From an uncultured Sutterella sp. (GTDB lineage: Bacteria; Pseudomonadota; Gammaproteobacteria; Burkholderiales; Burkholderiaceae_F), in contig UQUM01000005.1 of the NCBI GenBank assembly GCA_900544255.1, positions 24,892-88,891 of the forward strand: 64,000 nucleotides of DNA, written 5' to 3'. Below the pieces are notes generated by a model. That model was not told where the DNA came from and did no database searches. It worked only from the letters and a program-made list of their open reading frames with translations. The position numbers and the translations under genes are program-made. Within the stretch, counting starts at the first letter, position 1. Each line of letters opens with the position of its first letter. Below, one piece after another: positions 45,524 through 55,973 of the stretch.

Positions 45524-47875
45524 TCAGAAGAGTTCTCGGTACCGCACGCCGAACGTCGCGGCCTCCGTGCCGTAGGGGCCCGTTTCCGCCGTTGCGGACA
45601 AATCCAAAATCCAAGCGTAGGCCCGCGACTTTCCGGTGTCCTTGGCACCGAAACCGAAGATACCGCCTTCCATAATGGGTTCGTGCCCCACGTCGGAAAT
45701 TCGAAGGCTGAGTCCGCCCGAAAGGTTCCAGTGCCCCACGGCATGAAACTTTTCCGTTGAAACCGCCGTCCCTTCGGCCAAACGCGAAGCCACTCGCCAA
45801 TCCGTGTCACCGGCATAAAGCGTCACCCCGGCATTAAACCCCGGTTCCACGTTGTAGCGCCAAACACTGAATTTGCCGGAGGTTTCCAACCGTCCCTTCA
45901 CGTGCCACATCCGACGGTTGTCCGTCGTCTGCACAAAACCGACACCGGAATTGGTTCCGTCCTGAGTTGTAAGCGTGATGTCGCCCTTACGCATGCGTCC
46001 CGTATCCATTCCGACGGAAACGGACGGCTTCACCTGAAGGTTATCCGCGACGGCGTAATGCGCGCTCCAACCCAAGTCCGCCGACAGCATCCGGAAATCC
46101 GGTTCCGTCTTCATGCGGTATTCCGTACTGATTTTCTTCGCTTCCCCCTGAGTCTGCGAATACGTCACCGCCGCATGCAGGCGGTGTCGGTCGTTGGCGA
46201 GATACGTCAGGGAAGCACCGGCCGCCGCCATGGTGAGCGAGCCAGACTCCGCGTCTGAGCCCCTGTTACTTCCCGTGGTATCGATATCCGACGTCGCTCC
46301 TGAAAACGCCGCGGTCGCGATCCACTTCGACGCAAAGCGCCAATCCGCCCCCAGCGTTCCACCGTAGAAGTCTTCCTTGTAGCCCCAATCGGAGCCCGAG
46401 CGCAGTTTATCCATCGAACCGTGCCCGCCGTACACCTGCGCCCACCAGTAGGTGTCGTCGTCCGACGTCTCCATCTCAGGATCGTGCTCCAGCAAACCGA
46501 AATGCAGCCGCCGGTGCGAACGATCCGCCGACGTCAAAAGACCGGAAGAACCAACAAGGAAGACCGTTTCATCTATGCCGTTTGCCGTAACAAGCTCGCT
46601 CTGTACCGTTGAAATTCGCTGCATGACCGTTGCCAAATAACGTCGCCCGATATCGGTGACGGCTCCCTCACCTTGGCTCAAGAACACTTCTTCTGCTTCG
46701 TCGACAATTTCTTTGGCAGCAAGTCCCCGCATGTCACCCCATGAACGGTGCTGAAGCGTCAGAGTACCGTTATTGACGGAGGCACTTCCCAAAAAAAGAT
46801 TGTTAGCCAAGTAAATCTGCTGACCGTTCCACGACTCGTCAAGCTGCACCGTGAAATCGCTGCCGTCCCACCCCGTAAGAAGAAGCTCCGCCCCCGACAA
46901 AGCCTCAACATTGGCCGAACCGGTTTCCGTACCCGCCAGCACAACGGTGTCTGCCTCGTCTTGCGTCAAAGAAAGAATCCAACGCCCCTGAGAACCGATG
47001 ACGACACGCGGCGACATATCCGATGCATTATCTCTTTCAGGCAACGTCCCAGTAGTCCCTACTTCAATCGTAACGCCATCAGTCAAGCCGTCGATCGCAG
47101 GAGACGTCGTCACCAAGGTTGCCCGTTCGGCTTGGCCCTGGATGGCAGCATCGGTAATTAAAGACTTCAGACGCTTCACTCCGGCGACACCTTGTCCGGC
47201 ATACCGAGCGTACGCCCCGCCTCCCAGTACCATGGTACTGTTGCCAATCAATTTCACCGTCATCGTCGGGGTATCGGACGTACCCCACGTTGCAAAATTC
47301 TTGACCGCCAACGTAGCTCCGCTTCCGACTGCACTTCCGGTTAGCTGCGGATTAAATCCATGCAGCTGCAATACGGCGTTACTGTTCCACTCTACGGATT
47401 CCGCTGCAGTAAATCCCGACGTCAAGTCCAACTGATTACAGATGACCTTTCCGTCTTCTGTGCCGTACTCGCCGTTAAATGAAATCGTCTCAATATGGTG
47501 CATCACGGTCGCCGGTGATCCACTCCAGCGAGCACTGCCGACAACATTCAGCAAGCGCCGAATATCCGTTTCCGCAGCATAAATTTCAATATTGCGCCCG
47601 TAAAGCAACAGATCATCAACGCCTTTTATGCTCTGCCATCCTACTTCGGTCTTACCGAGAACCAGACCATCTCCAACCACCAACAACTGTGACAGATTTG
47701 TTTCCCCCTCAACCTCTTTAGCAGCCTCAAACCGTACCAGCGTATCTGCTGAACACCCTTCGGAGGGGCACTCCCAATGCAAGTCACCCCCAGGCAAAGG
47801 CTCGGTCCCCGCCCACGTAGGCCCCGCCAAAGCCGCCAAAACCCCTGCCGCCGCCAACTTCATTCCGTATTGCAT
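45524..47875 (-). CDS. Autotransporter (type Va) outer-membrane protein with beta-helical passenger
   Basis: Signal peptide MQYGMKLAAAGVLAALAGPTWAG. Repetitive G/T/S-rich passenger. C-terminal beta-barrel ending ...RYRELF. Confidence 0.7.
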   Translation of the reverse strand: MQYGMKLAAAGVLAALAGPTWAGTEPLPGGDLHWECPSEGCSADTLVRFEAAKEVEGETNLSQLLVVGDGLVLGKTEVGWQSIKGVDDLLLYGRNIEIYAAETDIRRLLNVVGSARWSGSPATVMHHIETISFNGEYGTEDGKVICNQLDLTSGFTAAESVEWNSNAVLQLHGFNPQLTGSAVGSGATLAVKNFATWGTSDTPTMTVKLIGNSTMVLGGGAYARYAGQGVAGVKRLKSLITDAAIQGQAERATLVTTSPAIDGLTDGVTIEVGTTGTLPERDNASDMSPRVVIGSQGRWILSLTQDEADTVVLAGTETGSANVEALSGAELLLTGWDGSDFTVQLDESWNGQQIYLANNLFLGSASVNNGTLTLQHRSWGDMRGLAAKEIVDEAEEVFLSQGEGAVTDIGRRYLATVMQRISTVQSELVTANGIDETVFLVGSSGLLTSADRSHRRLHFGLLEHDPEMETSDDDTYWWAQVYGGHGSMDKLRSGSDWGYKEDFYGGTLGADWRFASKWIATAAFSGATSDIDTTGSNRGSDAESGSLTMAAAGASLTYLANDRHRLHAAVTYSQTQGEAKKISTEYRMKTEPDFRMLSADLGWSAHYAVADNLQVKPSVSVGMDTGRMRKGDITLTTQDGTNSGVGFVQTTDNRRMWHVKGRLETSGKFSVWRYNVEPGFNAGVTLYAGDTDWRVASRLAEGTAVSTEKFHAVGHWNLSGGLSLRISDVGHEPIMEGGIFGFGAKDTGKSRAYAWILDLSATAETGPYGTEAATFGVRYRELF

Positions 47876-47937
47876 ACTGTGCCTCCCGAGCCCCGAGCTC
47901 CGTTGAGGATGAATCGAATACTGCTTATCTCAAGGTA

Positions 47938-47987
47938 CGAAAAAAGCCGCTTGAACCAGGATCTCAGCAATCCCTGTCCAAGCGGCC
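47938..47987 (-). terminator. Putative terminator downstream of the nhaD-like gene
   Basis: Minus-sense GCCGCTTG-(25 nt loop)-CAAGCGGC followed by TTTTTTCG. Confidence 0.45.
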
Positions 47988-48093
47988 TTCTTTATCTCTT
48001 CTAAGTATTCTACCTTAGAAGCCCCGGCGATGGCGGAAAATTTTCGAATTATTTTACCAAAAATCTAGTCATTGCCGTATTTTTCCATTCCTT

Positions 48094-49533
48094 TTAGAGG
48101 AATAAGAAATCCATGACGAGGAAGGTCGGGAACAGAATCCCCACCGACCACAGCATGTACCCGAAGAAACTCGGCATTTTGATGCCGCGTTCCTTGGCAA
48201 TCGACACCGTCATGAAGTTGGGAGCATTCCCGATGTAGGTCACGGCCCCCATGAAGACGGCGCCCATCGACACCGCAGTAAGCGTTCTTGCATGTTCCGT
48301 CATCAAAGAGGCCGGATCACCGCCCGCAAGGTTGAAGAACGCCAAGTAAGTCGGCGCGTTGTCAAGGAACGCCGACAACGTCCCCGTCAGCCAGAAGAAC
48401 ATGACGTTGTTGAATTCCCCGGCTTCATTCGTTACGAGTGCGACGAGCGGCGCAAAGGCGCCCGCTGCGCCCGCACGCAACATTTCCAATACCGGCACAA
48501 TGCAGATGAAGATGCCGAAGAAGAGCTTCGCGACTTCCAAAATAGCATCCCAGTTGAACTGGTTGGCTTCACGCGCAATCTTCGGCGTCGTCACGAGAGA
48601 GAGCACCGCAAAAAGGATGAACAGCGCATCACGCGCAAGGCCGGGGAGCGAGAGATGCACGGAGAGGACTTCAAAACTCACGTTGCTCTTCCAGATGCCG
48701 CTCATCAGCACGGCGCCCACGATACCCGCAAGCCACAAGAAGTTCACCGCACCGTCGATACCGAAAGGCACCTTTTCCGTCGGAAGCTTAAAAGAGCCTT
48801 CCGCCACTTCCTTCTTATAGAAATATGTGTCGATCGCAAGATAAATGCACGTCAGGACGGCCAGCACCAAGAGGAGCGGCGGCAAAAGATGCACCGTCGT
48901 CCAGAAGAAATCCACGCCGCGCAAAAAGCCCAAGAACAAGGGCGGATCCCCGAGAGGCGTAAGGCAACCGCCGATGTTGGCGACGATGAAGATGAAGAAA
49001 ATGAAGGTATGCACCTTGTAACGGCGGTTTTCGTTCGCGGCGATCAAAGGGCGCAGCATCAGCATTGCCGCGCCCGTCGTCCCCATAAGGTTGGCGAAGA
49101 ACGCACCGATCAACAGGAACGCCGCATTCACGACGGGGTTTCCGACGAAGCTTCCCTTGATGTGGATGCCGCCCGCGACGACAAAAAGCGCTCCCACAAA
49201 CAGAAGGAACGGGATGTAATCACCCAAGATGGCATGCGCAATCGCGCCCGTCGCCGTTGAAACACCGGCCGACATATAAAGCGGCACCGCGCAGCACACG
49301 GCCCAGAAAACAGCCACTTTGCCGAAATGATGATGCCAAAATGCCGGCACGAAAAGCGGACACAAAGCAATCGAGAGCAGGATGCCCGCAAAGGGCAGTG
49401 CCCACCACAGGGACAGATTCGCCCCGTTTAAAGAAGCTGCCTGACTCACGGCCGGCAACGCGGCCGCCGCGGCAACCAAAGCGAGTTTTTTGAGCAAAAT
49501 AAAACCCCGTTTCCTACGTAAAAAGAAGAACAC
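48094..49533 (-). CDS. nhaD: NhaD/ArsB-superfamily Na+/H+ antiporter-like permease
   Basis: 479 aa, about 12 TM segments. NhaD-type conserved segments. N-terminal signal-like region. Confidence 0.65.
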   Translation of the reverse strand: MFFFLRRKRGFILLKKLALVAAAAALPAVSQAASLNGANLSLWWALPFAGILLSIALCPLFVPAFWHHHFGKVAVFWAVCCAVPLYMSAGVSTATGAIAHAILGDYIPFLLFVGALFVVAGGIHIKGSFVGNPVVNAAFLLIGAFFANLMGTTGAAMLMLRPLIAANENRRYKVHTFIFFIFIVANIGGCLTPLGDPPLFLGFLRGVDFFWTTVHLLPPLLLVLAVLTCIYLAIDTYFYKKEVAEGSFKLPTEKVPFGIDGAVNFLWLAGIVGAVLMSGIWKSNVSFEVLSVHLSLPGLARDALFILFAVLSLVTTPKIAREANQFNWDAILEVAKLFFGIFICIVPVLEMLRAGAAGAFAPLVALVTNEAGEFNNVMFFWLTGTLSAFLDNAPTYLAFFNLAGGDPASLMTEHARTLTAVSMGAVFMGAVTYIGNAPNFMTVSIAKERGIKMPSFFGYMLWSVGILFPTFLVMDFLFL

Positions 49534-49621
49534 CCTGGGAGCGTCCCGTTGAATGATCGGTCGATTTTAGCGAAAAGAGCGGCAGTTCCTCTTAAAAAAT
49601 ACTGCCCTTCCGCCGAAAGAA

Positions 49622-50800
49622 TTAGGCCGGAATCCCGAAAACCTGCTTTAAGTACGCCAGATACGTCAGATCCTCACACATGCCCTTTTCGGGCGTATCC
49701 GAAATTTTGGCCACCGGTTGACCGTTGGCACGGATCATCTTGACGACAATGTTCAAGGGTTCCGGCCCCAGATCATTCATGAGGTTCGTGCCGATGCCGA
49801 AACCCACGCCGATCCGATGATTAAAGCGCCGGTATAGTTTGATGATACGCGGTACCGTCAGTGCATCCGAGAAAATGAGCGTCTTGCCACGCGGATCGCA
49901 CTTGTTGCGGCGGTAATGCTCAATCATCTTTTCGCCCCAAAGGAAGGGGTCGCCTGAATCGTGACGCGCACCGTCAAAGAGCTTGCAGAAGAACATGTCG
50001 AAGTCTTTGAGGAAAGGGTCCATCCCGTAAACATCGGACAAAGCAATTCCCAAATCTCCTCGGTATTCCTTCGCCCACATCTCAAACCCGTAAACCTGAC
50101 TGTCCCGAAGCCGCGGCCCCAATGCCTGGCAGGCCTGCAGGTATTCGTGCGCCATCGTGCCGATGGGGATGAGTCCGTAACGGCGCGCGAGATCGACGTT
50201 GCTCGTACCTGCAAATTTCTCCCGTCCCAACTCCCGAATGAGCGTTTCCGTCACCGTCGTCTGCCACGCGCGGGAAAAACGGCGACGGGTTCCGAAGTCC
50301 GTAATTTTGAGGTTGTCGTTGTCAGGTTCATTGCGGATGAGGTCAATTTTTGCCCGCAGGCGCTTCATGCCTTCTTTCTCATCCGCAACCGGCATCTTGT
50401 GCCGGAAATACACCTCGTTCACGATCGCGAGCACCGGAATTTCAAAAAGAATCGTATGCAGCCACGGGCCTTCGATCGTAATGTCGATACCGTTGGGCGC
50501 CTCCGAATCCGCTTTGACGGTGATGTACTTTTCCTTCAAATGGAAAAGACTCAGAAAATCCACGAAGTCGCTTTTGATGAATCGGAGCCCTGCGAGGTAC
50601 TCCAATTCCTCATCCTTAAAGCGAAGACTGCAGAGATGATGGATTTCATCACGGATTTCGTCCGCATACGGTCCGAGTTCCACTCCGACGTTGCGGCAGC
50701 GGAACCGATAAGCCACTTCCGCCCCCGGAAACTGATGCAGCACGCACTGCATCATGGTGAATTTATAAAGATCCGTGTCAAGCAGCGATTCAATAATCAT
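49622..50800 (-). CDS. pncB: Nicotinate phosphoribosyltransferase
   Basis: [16 protein letters not shown] aligns with the PncB N-terminus. The track ORF is over-extended by 15 codons. Confidence 0.85.
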   Translation of the reverse strand: MIIESLLDTDLYKFTMMQCVLHQFPGAEVAYRFRCRNVGVELGPYADEIRDEIHHLCSLRFKDEELEYLAGLRFIKSDFVDFLSLFHLKEKYITVKADSEAPNGIDITIEGPWLHTILFEIPVLAIVNEVYFRHKMPVADEKEGMKRLRAKIDLIRNEPDNDNLKITDFGTRRRFSRAWQTTVTETLIRELGREKFAGTSNVDLARRYGLIPIGTMAHEYLQACQALGPRLRDSQVYGFEMWAKEYRGDLGIALSDVYGMDPFLKDFDMFFCKLFDGARHDSGDPFLWGEKMIEHYRRNKCDPRGKTLIFSDALTVPRIIKLYRRFNHRIGVGFGIGTNLMNDLGPEPLNIVVKMIRANGQPVAKISDTPEKGMCEDLTYLAYLKQVFGIPA

Positions 50801-50853
50801 GTTGTTTACGAAAACGCCCGGCAGCCGTCGTGCAGCCCCGGGCATCTTCGCCT

Positions 50854-51885
50854 TTAGGAAAGTTTCATATCAGCGAGCGAGCGCCGGTACAACGCCGAAT
50901 TCTCCAAGTCTGTGCGGTCGCCGACCGTCGGACGCGGCACCAAACGACGCCAGCGTTCGGCAAATGCTTCGGTTGTCTGCCACTTAAGGCCCTGCAGCAA
51001 CTCATCCGTTTCCGCTGGGTTGTTGCAGATAATAAGTGCATCGCACCCGGCGGCGAGAGCCTTCTGCGCCCGTTCAACCACGCCGCCCTCTTTTTTGGCG
51101 CCCTGCATGGAGAGGTCGTCCGAAAAAATGAGTCCTTCAAAACCCAGGCGCTTTCTCAAGCCGTCCTGCAGAATCCGGCGAGAAAACGTCGCCGGCACCG
51201 TATCCCACTTCGGGTACAGCACGTGCGCCGTCATGACGGAGACGAGCCCCGCCCCCAACCACGCGTAGGGTTCGGTGTCTTCAGCCAAAATCGTCTCCGG
51301 CGACCGTTCGTCCTCGGGCAACGCCTTATGACTGTCGGCTTCGGCCCAGCCGTGTCCGGGAAAATGCTTACCGCAGTTGGCCATCCCCGCCGCCATCATG
51401 CCGTATGTGACGGCTCTTGCCATCGCCGCTACGGCAGCCGGATACCGGGAAAACGAACGCTCGCCGATAATGGCGCTGTGTCCCCAATCCAAATCAAGCA
51501 CGGGAGCAAACGTAAAGTCCACGCCGCAGGCGAGGAGTTCCGCCGCCATCACGAACCCCGCCGCCGTCAGCGCCCGCGCCGCCGCCTGAGGATTCTTCTG
51601 CCACAAGTCGCCGTATGCATGCATCGCGGGGATTTCCGTAAACCCCGAACGAAAGCGCTGCACGCGCCCTCCCTCGTGATCCACCCCGATCAACACGCCG
51701 GGCTTCACGGCATGAACGGCGGCCGTCAGCGCAGACAACTGGGCGGGACTCTCGTAATTGCGGGTGAAGAGAATCACCATGCCGGTAAGCGGATGCCGAA
51801 TACGACGGACGTCGTCTTCCGTAAGTTCCGTTCCGACGACGTCGAGCACCACCGGGCCGTTGACGGGAAAATTCGCGGTCGTCAT
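50854..51885 (-). CDS. nagZ: Beta-N-acetylhexosaminidase NagZ (GH3)
   Basis: GH3 motifs (KHFPGHG, catalytic Asp region). Confidence 0.85.
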   Translation of the reverse strand: MTTANFPVNGPVVLDVVGTELTEDDVRRIRHPLTGMVILFTRNYESPAQLSALTAAVHAVKPGVLIGVDHEGGRVQRFRSGFTEIPAMHAYGDLWQKNPQAAARALTAAGFVMAAELLACGVDFTFAPVLDLDWGHSAIIGERSFSRYPAAVAAMARAVTYGMMAAGMANCGKHFPGHGWAEADSHKALPEDERSPETILAEDTEPYAWLGAGLVSVMTAHVLYPKWDTVPATFSRRILQDGLRKRLGFEGLIFSDDLSMQGAKKEGGVVERAQKALAAGCDALIICNNPAETDELLQGLKWQTTEAFAERWRRLVPRPTVGDRTDLENSALYRRSLADMKLS

Positions 51886-51894
51886 CGTTATGTC

Positions 51895-52659
51895 CTAAAA
51901 CCCGGCGGCGGCAATTCGGTCGGCCGCCCGCAGGCAAATCCCGTTATAGCGCCCCACCGTTTCCGTCATGCCGTATTCCAACGCTTCCGCCACCAGCGCG
52001 TGCCCGATCGACACTTCGTCAATCCAACGGCAGGCAACGAGGAGTTCTTCCAAATTCGCAAGACTCAGATCATGCCCGGCATTGATTCCGAGTCCCGCTT
52101 CGTGCGCAGCTTCTGCCGCTTCCGCGTACTGCGCCAGCACCCGTGCCGCCTCCCCCGTGCCGCGGGTCGCCGCATAGGATGCCGTATAAAGTTCGACGCG
52201 ATCCGCACCGACCTCTTTCGCAAGCCGCATATTTTCGGCCACGGGATCCATAAAGAGGCTCACCCGCACCCCGAGATCCTTTGCTTCCTTTACGAGTTTC
52301 TCAATCGCCGCCCCGTCTTTTTGAAGGTCGCACCCATGATCACTCGTCAGCTGAGACTCATTGTCCGGCACGAACGTCGCCTGCGCCGGCTTCACGCGCC
52401 GCACGTGATTCATGAGGTTCATAAAGGGATTGCCTTCGATATTGAATTCACGCCCCGGCCACGCGGTCAAAAGTCTCGCGATCGCATCCACGTCCGCCGG
52501 CCGAATATGCCGCTCATCCGGTCTCGGATGCACCGTCAGCCCCGCCGCCCCGGCTTTCAACGCCAAGGCACCGAAAAGCACCGGATTGGGCGTATTACCT
52601 TCACGCGCGTTGCGCAGAAGCGCAATTTTGTTGAGATTCACGGAAAGATGAGTAAGCAT
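51895..52659 (-). CDS. pdxJ: Pyridoxine 5'-phosphate synthase
   Basis: LSVNLNKIALLRNAR, conserved TIM-barrel PdxJ. Confidence 0.9.
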   Translation of the reverse strand: MLTHLSVNLNKIALLRNAREGNTPNPVLFGALALKAGAAGLTVHPRPDERHIRPADVDAIARLLTAWPGREFNIEGNPFMNLMNHVRRVKPAQATFVPDNESQLTSDHGCDLQKDGAAIEKLVKEAKDLGVRVSLFMDPVAENMRLAKEVGADRVELYTASYAATRGTGEAARVLAQYAEAAEAAHEAGLGINAGHDLSLANLEELLVACRWIDEVSIGHALVAEALEYGMTETVGRYNGICLRAADRIAAAGF

Positions 52660-52693
52660 AAGACGTCTCGATCAAAATAAATTAGAACTCAGT

Positions 52694-53455
52694 TCAGTAT
52701 TGCTGCCAGTGAGTCAGCGTGCGCCGCACGGCCAACCCTTTGTCGCCCACATAGTAACCGATCACGGCCCGAAGCACATTTCGTGCAGGGACGAGTACCG
52801 ACCGCTCGGAAAAATCCCGGGTGAGAAGCGCGCGGGCGACGGCAGCCGGCACCGGGGCTTCCCCCGTAAGAAGCGTGGTCTCCGTGAGCGGCACGAGAAT
52901 CCCGTCGCGAAGAACGCAGTCGCCGATCGACCCTTCGGGCGCACGCTGTCCCCAGCCCGCTTCCCGCAGCACGTCGACTTCAAATTCCCGCAGGGCCCGC
53001 TGCACGGCGCGGCCTTCGCAAAGCGCCGTCAGAGTTCGGGTGTAACAATCAAAGAGAGCGGACTGCGCTTCTTCGCGCACCGTAAAACGGAGAACAAGCT
53101 CATTCACGTAGAAAGCCGACATCAAAGATCCGCTTTCCGTCGGAGACAGACTTCCTAACCACTTGGCTGCCGTGAGGTTCTTCACCTCACCAGCGCCGGA
53201 GTAATTGATGAGGAGCGGGCAAAACGGATTGATGAGTCCCCGGAACTGCCCGCCCGGACGCTTGGCACCCCGCACGGCAAGCACCTGCCGACCATGTCGT
53301 TGCGTAAAACATTCGGCAATGACGCTCGACTCCTTCCAAGGGTGCGTCGTCAGCACGAAGGCCGGTTCTTCCCGCACCCGAAGGACACGCTTATCCGTCT
53401 GCAGGCGCTCCCACTCGTGCAACGCCTCCGCGGCATCCGACGTCGTCTCAGTCAT
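52694..53455 (-). CDS. recO: DNA repair protein RecO
   Basis: 253 aa. OB-fold N-terminus, conserved era-recO linkage (8-nt overlap with era). Confidence 0.8.
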   Translation of the reverse strand: MTETTSDAAEALHEWERLQTDKRVLRVREEPAFVLTTHPWKESSVIAECFTQRHGRQVLAVRGAKRPGGQFRGLINPFCPLLINYSGAGEVKNLTAAKWLGSLSPTESGSLMSAFYVNELVLRFTVREEAQSALFDCYTRTLTALCEGRAVQRALREFEVDVLREAGWGQRAPEGSIGDCVLRDGILVPLTETTLLTGEAPVPAAVARALLTRDFSERSVLVPARNVLRAVIGYYVGDKGLAVRRTLTHWQQY

Positions 53456-54356
53456 ACCCCAGGGTCTTCAGCACCCGTGCGTCATCGCTCCAGCCGCGCC
53501 GCACCCGCACCCAAACGTTAAGGTGCACGTGTTTGCCGCCCAACATTTCTTCAATGTCGGCACGCGCGAGCCGCCCGATTTCCCGAAGTTTCGCGCCTCC
53601 CTCGCCGATTACCATCGGTTTGTGGCTTTCGCGTTCCACGATGAGACAGGCATCGATTTCCGCTTCCTTATCGTCTTCCCGCCATTTTTCAATCATAACG
53701 GCAGTGCCGTAAGGCAATTCATCTCCCAAAAGACGGAAGGCCTTTTCCCGAATCGTCTCCGCCGCGAGGAATCGAGGCGAGCGATCCGTGTACATATCGG
53801 GATCGTAATAAGGGACGGACTCCGGCAGGAGTTTTTTCACTTCGTCCACCACTTCGTTGCAGCGCTTATTCTTTTCGGCCGACACCGGAACGATGGCCGC
53901 AAAGGGGAATTTCTGCATGGATTCCGCCATCAGCGGCAAAAGCGCATCGCGATTTTTCATCTGGTCAATCTTATTTAAGACCAGAATGACGTTCGTCTGC
54001 TTGGGGTTCAGAAGTTTCAGAACCGTCAGGTCGTCCTGGCGCCACCCCTGCGCGTCAATGAGGAACAACACCGCATCGACTTCGGCCAGCGTATTGCGGA
54101 CCGTCCGATTCATACGCGTCAGAAGCTGCGAGGTATATTTCGACTGAAACCCCGGCGTATCCATAAAGATCAACTGCGCATCGGGGTACGTCACCACGCC
54201 CAACACCCGATCCCGGGTCGTCTGGGGTTTCTTGGACGTAATCGACACTTTTTCGCCGACGATGGCATTGATGAGCGTGGACTTACCGACATTGGGGCGG
54301 CCGATGACGGCGACATAGCCGCACTTAAAGGGCGTTTCCTTTTTTTCTTCGGTCAT
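53448..54356 (-). CDS. era: GTPase Era
   Basis: G1 GRPNVGKST, G3 DTPG, G4 NKID, C-terminal KH domain. Confidence 0.92.
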   Translation of the reverse strand: MTEEKKETPFKCGYVAVIGRPNVGKSTLINAIVGEKVSITSKKPQTTRDRVLGVVTYPDAQLIFMDTPGFQSKYTSQLLTRMNRTVRNTLAEVDAVLFLIDAQGWRQDDLTVLKLLNPKQTNVILVLNKIDQMKNRDALLPLMAESMQKFPFAAIVPVSAEKNKRCNEVVDEVKKLLPESVPYYDPDMYTDRSPRFLAAETIREKAFRLLGDELPYGTAVMIEKWREDDKEAEIDACLIVERESHKPMVIGEGGAKLREIGRLARADIEEMLGGKHVHLNVWVRVRRGWSDDARVLKTLGYD

Positions 54357-55063
54357 TTTTTCAATTCCCCCAGAGTTTTCACGCGGGCGAGCACCTTCGC
54401 AGCCGCATCCTGCTCCGCAGCACGACGGCTCTTGCCGGTTCCCGTTTCGTAGATTCCCGCCAATTCAATGCGGCAGCCGCAGCAGAACGTCTGCTCATGC
54501 GCCGCCCCCGTCGTCGACACCACGCTGTAGACCGGAATCTTTTCGTGCAGTGACTGCAGGAATTCCTGCAGCTGGGTCTTTGCGTCCTTCGCAAAACGTT
54601 CGGGGCGCACGTTTCCTGCAGCGAGAATCGGTTCATACAACCGCAGAATCACGCGCTGCGCCGCTTCAAAACCGGCGTCCAAAAAAACGGCGCCGAACAC
54701 GGCTTCGCAGGCGTCGGCCAAAATCGACGGACGGGACGCGCCGCCCGTTTTGAGCTCCCCTTCCCCAAGCCGGATAAATTCCCCGATTTTGATTTCGGCC
54801 GCTATTTCGTCCAACGTCTTTTCACAGACGAAATTCGCACGGGTGCGGGAGAGCACTCCTTCGGTGTAGTGCGTGTCCCGCAGAAACAAGGCGTGCCCCA
54901 CCACACAATTCAAAACGGAGTCACCCAAAAACTCCAGACGTTCATTGTGTTCGGCCGCGAAACTGCGGTGCGTCACGGCGCGCGTCAAGAGCGCCTTATT
55001 CTTAAAGTGATAGTCGATCCGTTCTTCCAGAATCGACAAATCCATCAAACGCTGTCCGGTCAT
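54353..55063 (-). CDS. rnc: Ribonuclease III
   Basis: ERLEFLGDSVL catalytic signature plus dsRBD. 4-nt overlap with era. Confidence 0.92.
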   Translation of the reverse strand: MTGQRLMDLSILEERIDYHFKNKALLTRAVTHRSFAAEHNERLEFLGDSVLNCVVGHALFLRDTHYTEGVLSRTRANFVCEKTLDEIAAEIKIGEFIRLGEGELKTGGASRPSILADACEAVFGAVFLDAGFEAAQRVILRLYEPILAAGNVRPERFAKDAKTQLQEFLQSLHEKIPVYSVVSTTGAAHEQTFCCGCRIELAGIYETGTGKSRRAAEQDAAAKVLARVKTLGELKK

Positions 55064-55067
55064 ACTG

Positions 55068-55958
55068 TTACTTAAAGGAGCCGATGCGGCTCATCTCACT
55101 GAAATTCGCCCAAATGAAGAAAGCCCGTCCCACAAGGTAGTTATCGGGAACGACGCCCCAATAGCGGCTGTCTTCACTGTTGTCGCGGTTGTCGCCCATC
55201 ATGAAGTAGTGGTCGGCGGGCACTTTGCACTCAAACCCGTTTTCAAAATAACGGCAGGCTTCCAATCCCCGGTCGTAGGGACCGCCGCGGACGCCGGCCG
55301 GCGCCCGGTCATCCACCGCCATCAGGTGTTTGACGTCGCCCAGCTGTTCTTCGCGTTCGGTGAGCGTCACGAGCGTATCGGGATCCACCCAATCGCCCAA
55401 GGCCGTCTGACGCTGCTCAACCCCATTCACAGACAACACCTTGTTCACATACGTCACGGTGTCGCCGGGCAACCCCACTACCCGCTTGATGTAGTCCACC
55501 TTCGGATCCATCGGGTACTTGAAGACCACGACGTCGCCGCGTTCGGGACTGCCCACCGGAATAATCTTGAGGTTTGCCACCGGCAACCGCACGCCGTAGT
55601 CAAACTTATTGACGAGGATGAAGTCCCCGATGTGCAGCGTCGGCAGCATCGAACCCGACGGAATCCGGAAGGGTTCAAATAGGAAAGAGCGCAACAGGAA
55701 GACGATACAGATCACCGGAAAGAGCCCGGCTGTATAGTCAATCCACCACGGCTCCTTCAAGGCTTCGCCGACGACGGCGCTTCGTGCCTGCAACACGGCG
55801 ACGTCCCCTCGCGCCACGGCTTCGGCATTGGCTTCATCGAATTCCCGCCCCAAGGCAGCCGCTTTCTCTTCGCGCGCCTTTTTCCAGAAACGCCGATCCA
55901 AGCCCCACATCACGCCCGTAAAGACCGTGAGCAACAATAAAATCAGAGAAAAATCCAT
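55068..55958 (-). CDS. lepB: Signal peptidase I
   Basis: SGSMLPTL Ser box. Lys box and GDNRDNSEDSRYWG box E. Confidence 0.9.
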   Translation of the reverse strand: MDFSLILLLLTVFTGVMWGLDRRFWKKAREEKAAALGREFDEANAEAVARGDVAVLQARSAVVGEALKEPWWIDYTAGLFPVICIVFLLRSFLFEPFRIPSGSMLPTLHIGDFILVNKFDYGVRLPVANLKIIPVGSPERGDVVVFKYPMDPKVDYIKRVVGLPGDTVTYVNKVLSVNGVEQRQTALGDWVDPDTLVTLTEREEQLGDVKHLMAVDDRAPAGVRGGPYDRGLEACRYFENGFECKVPADHYFMMGDNRDNSEDSRYWGVVPDNYLVGRAFFIWANFSEMSRIGSFK

Positions 55959-55973
55959 GACCGTCGTCCGTCG

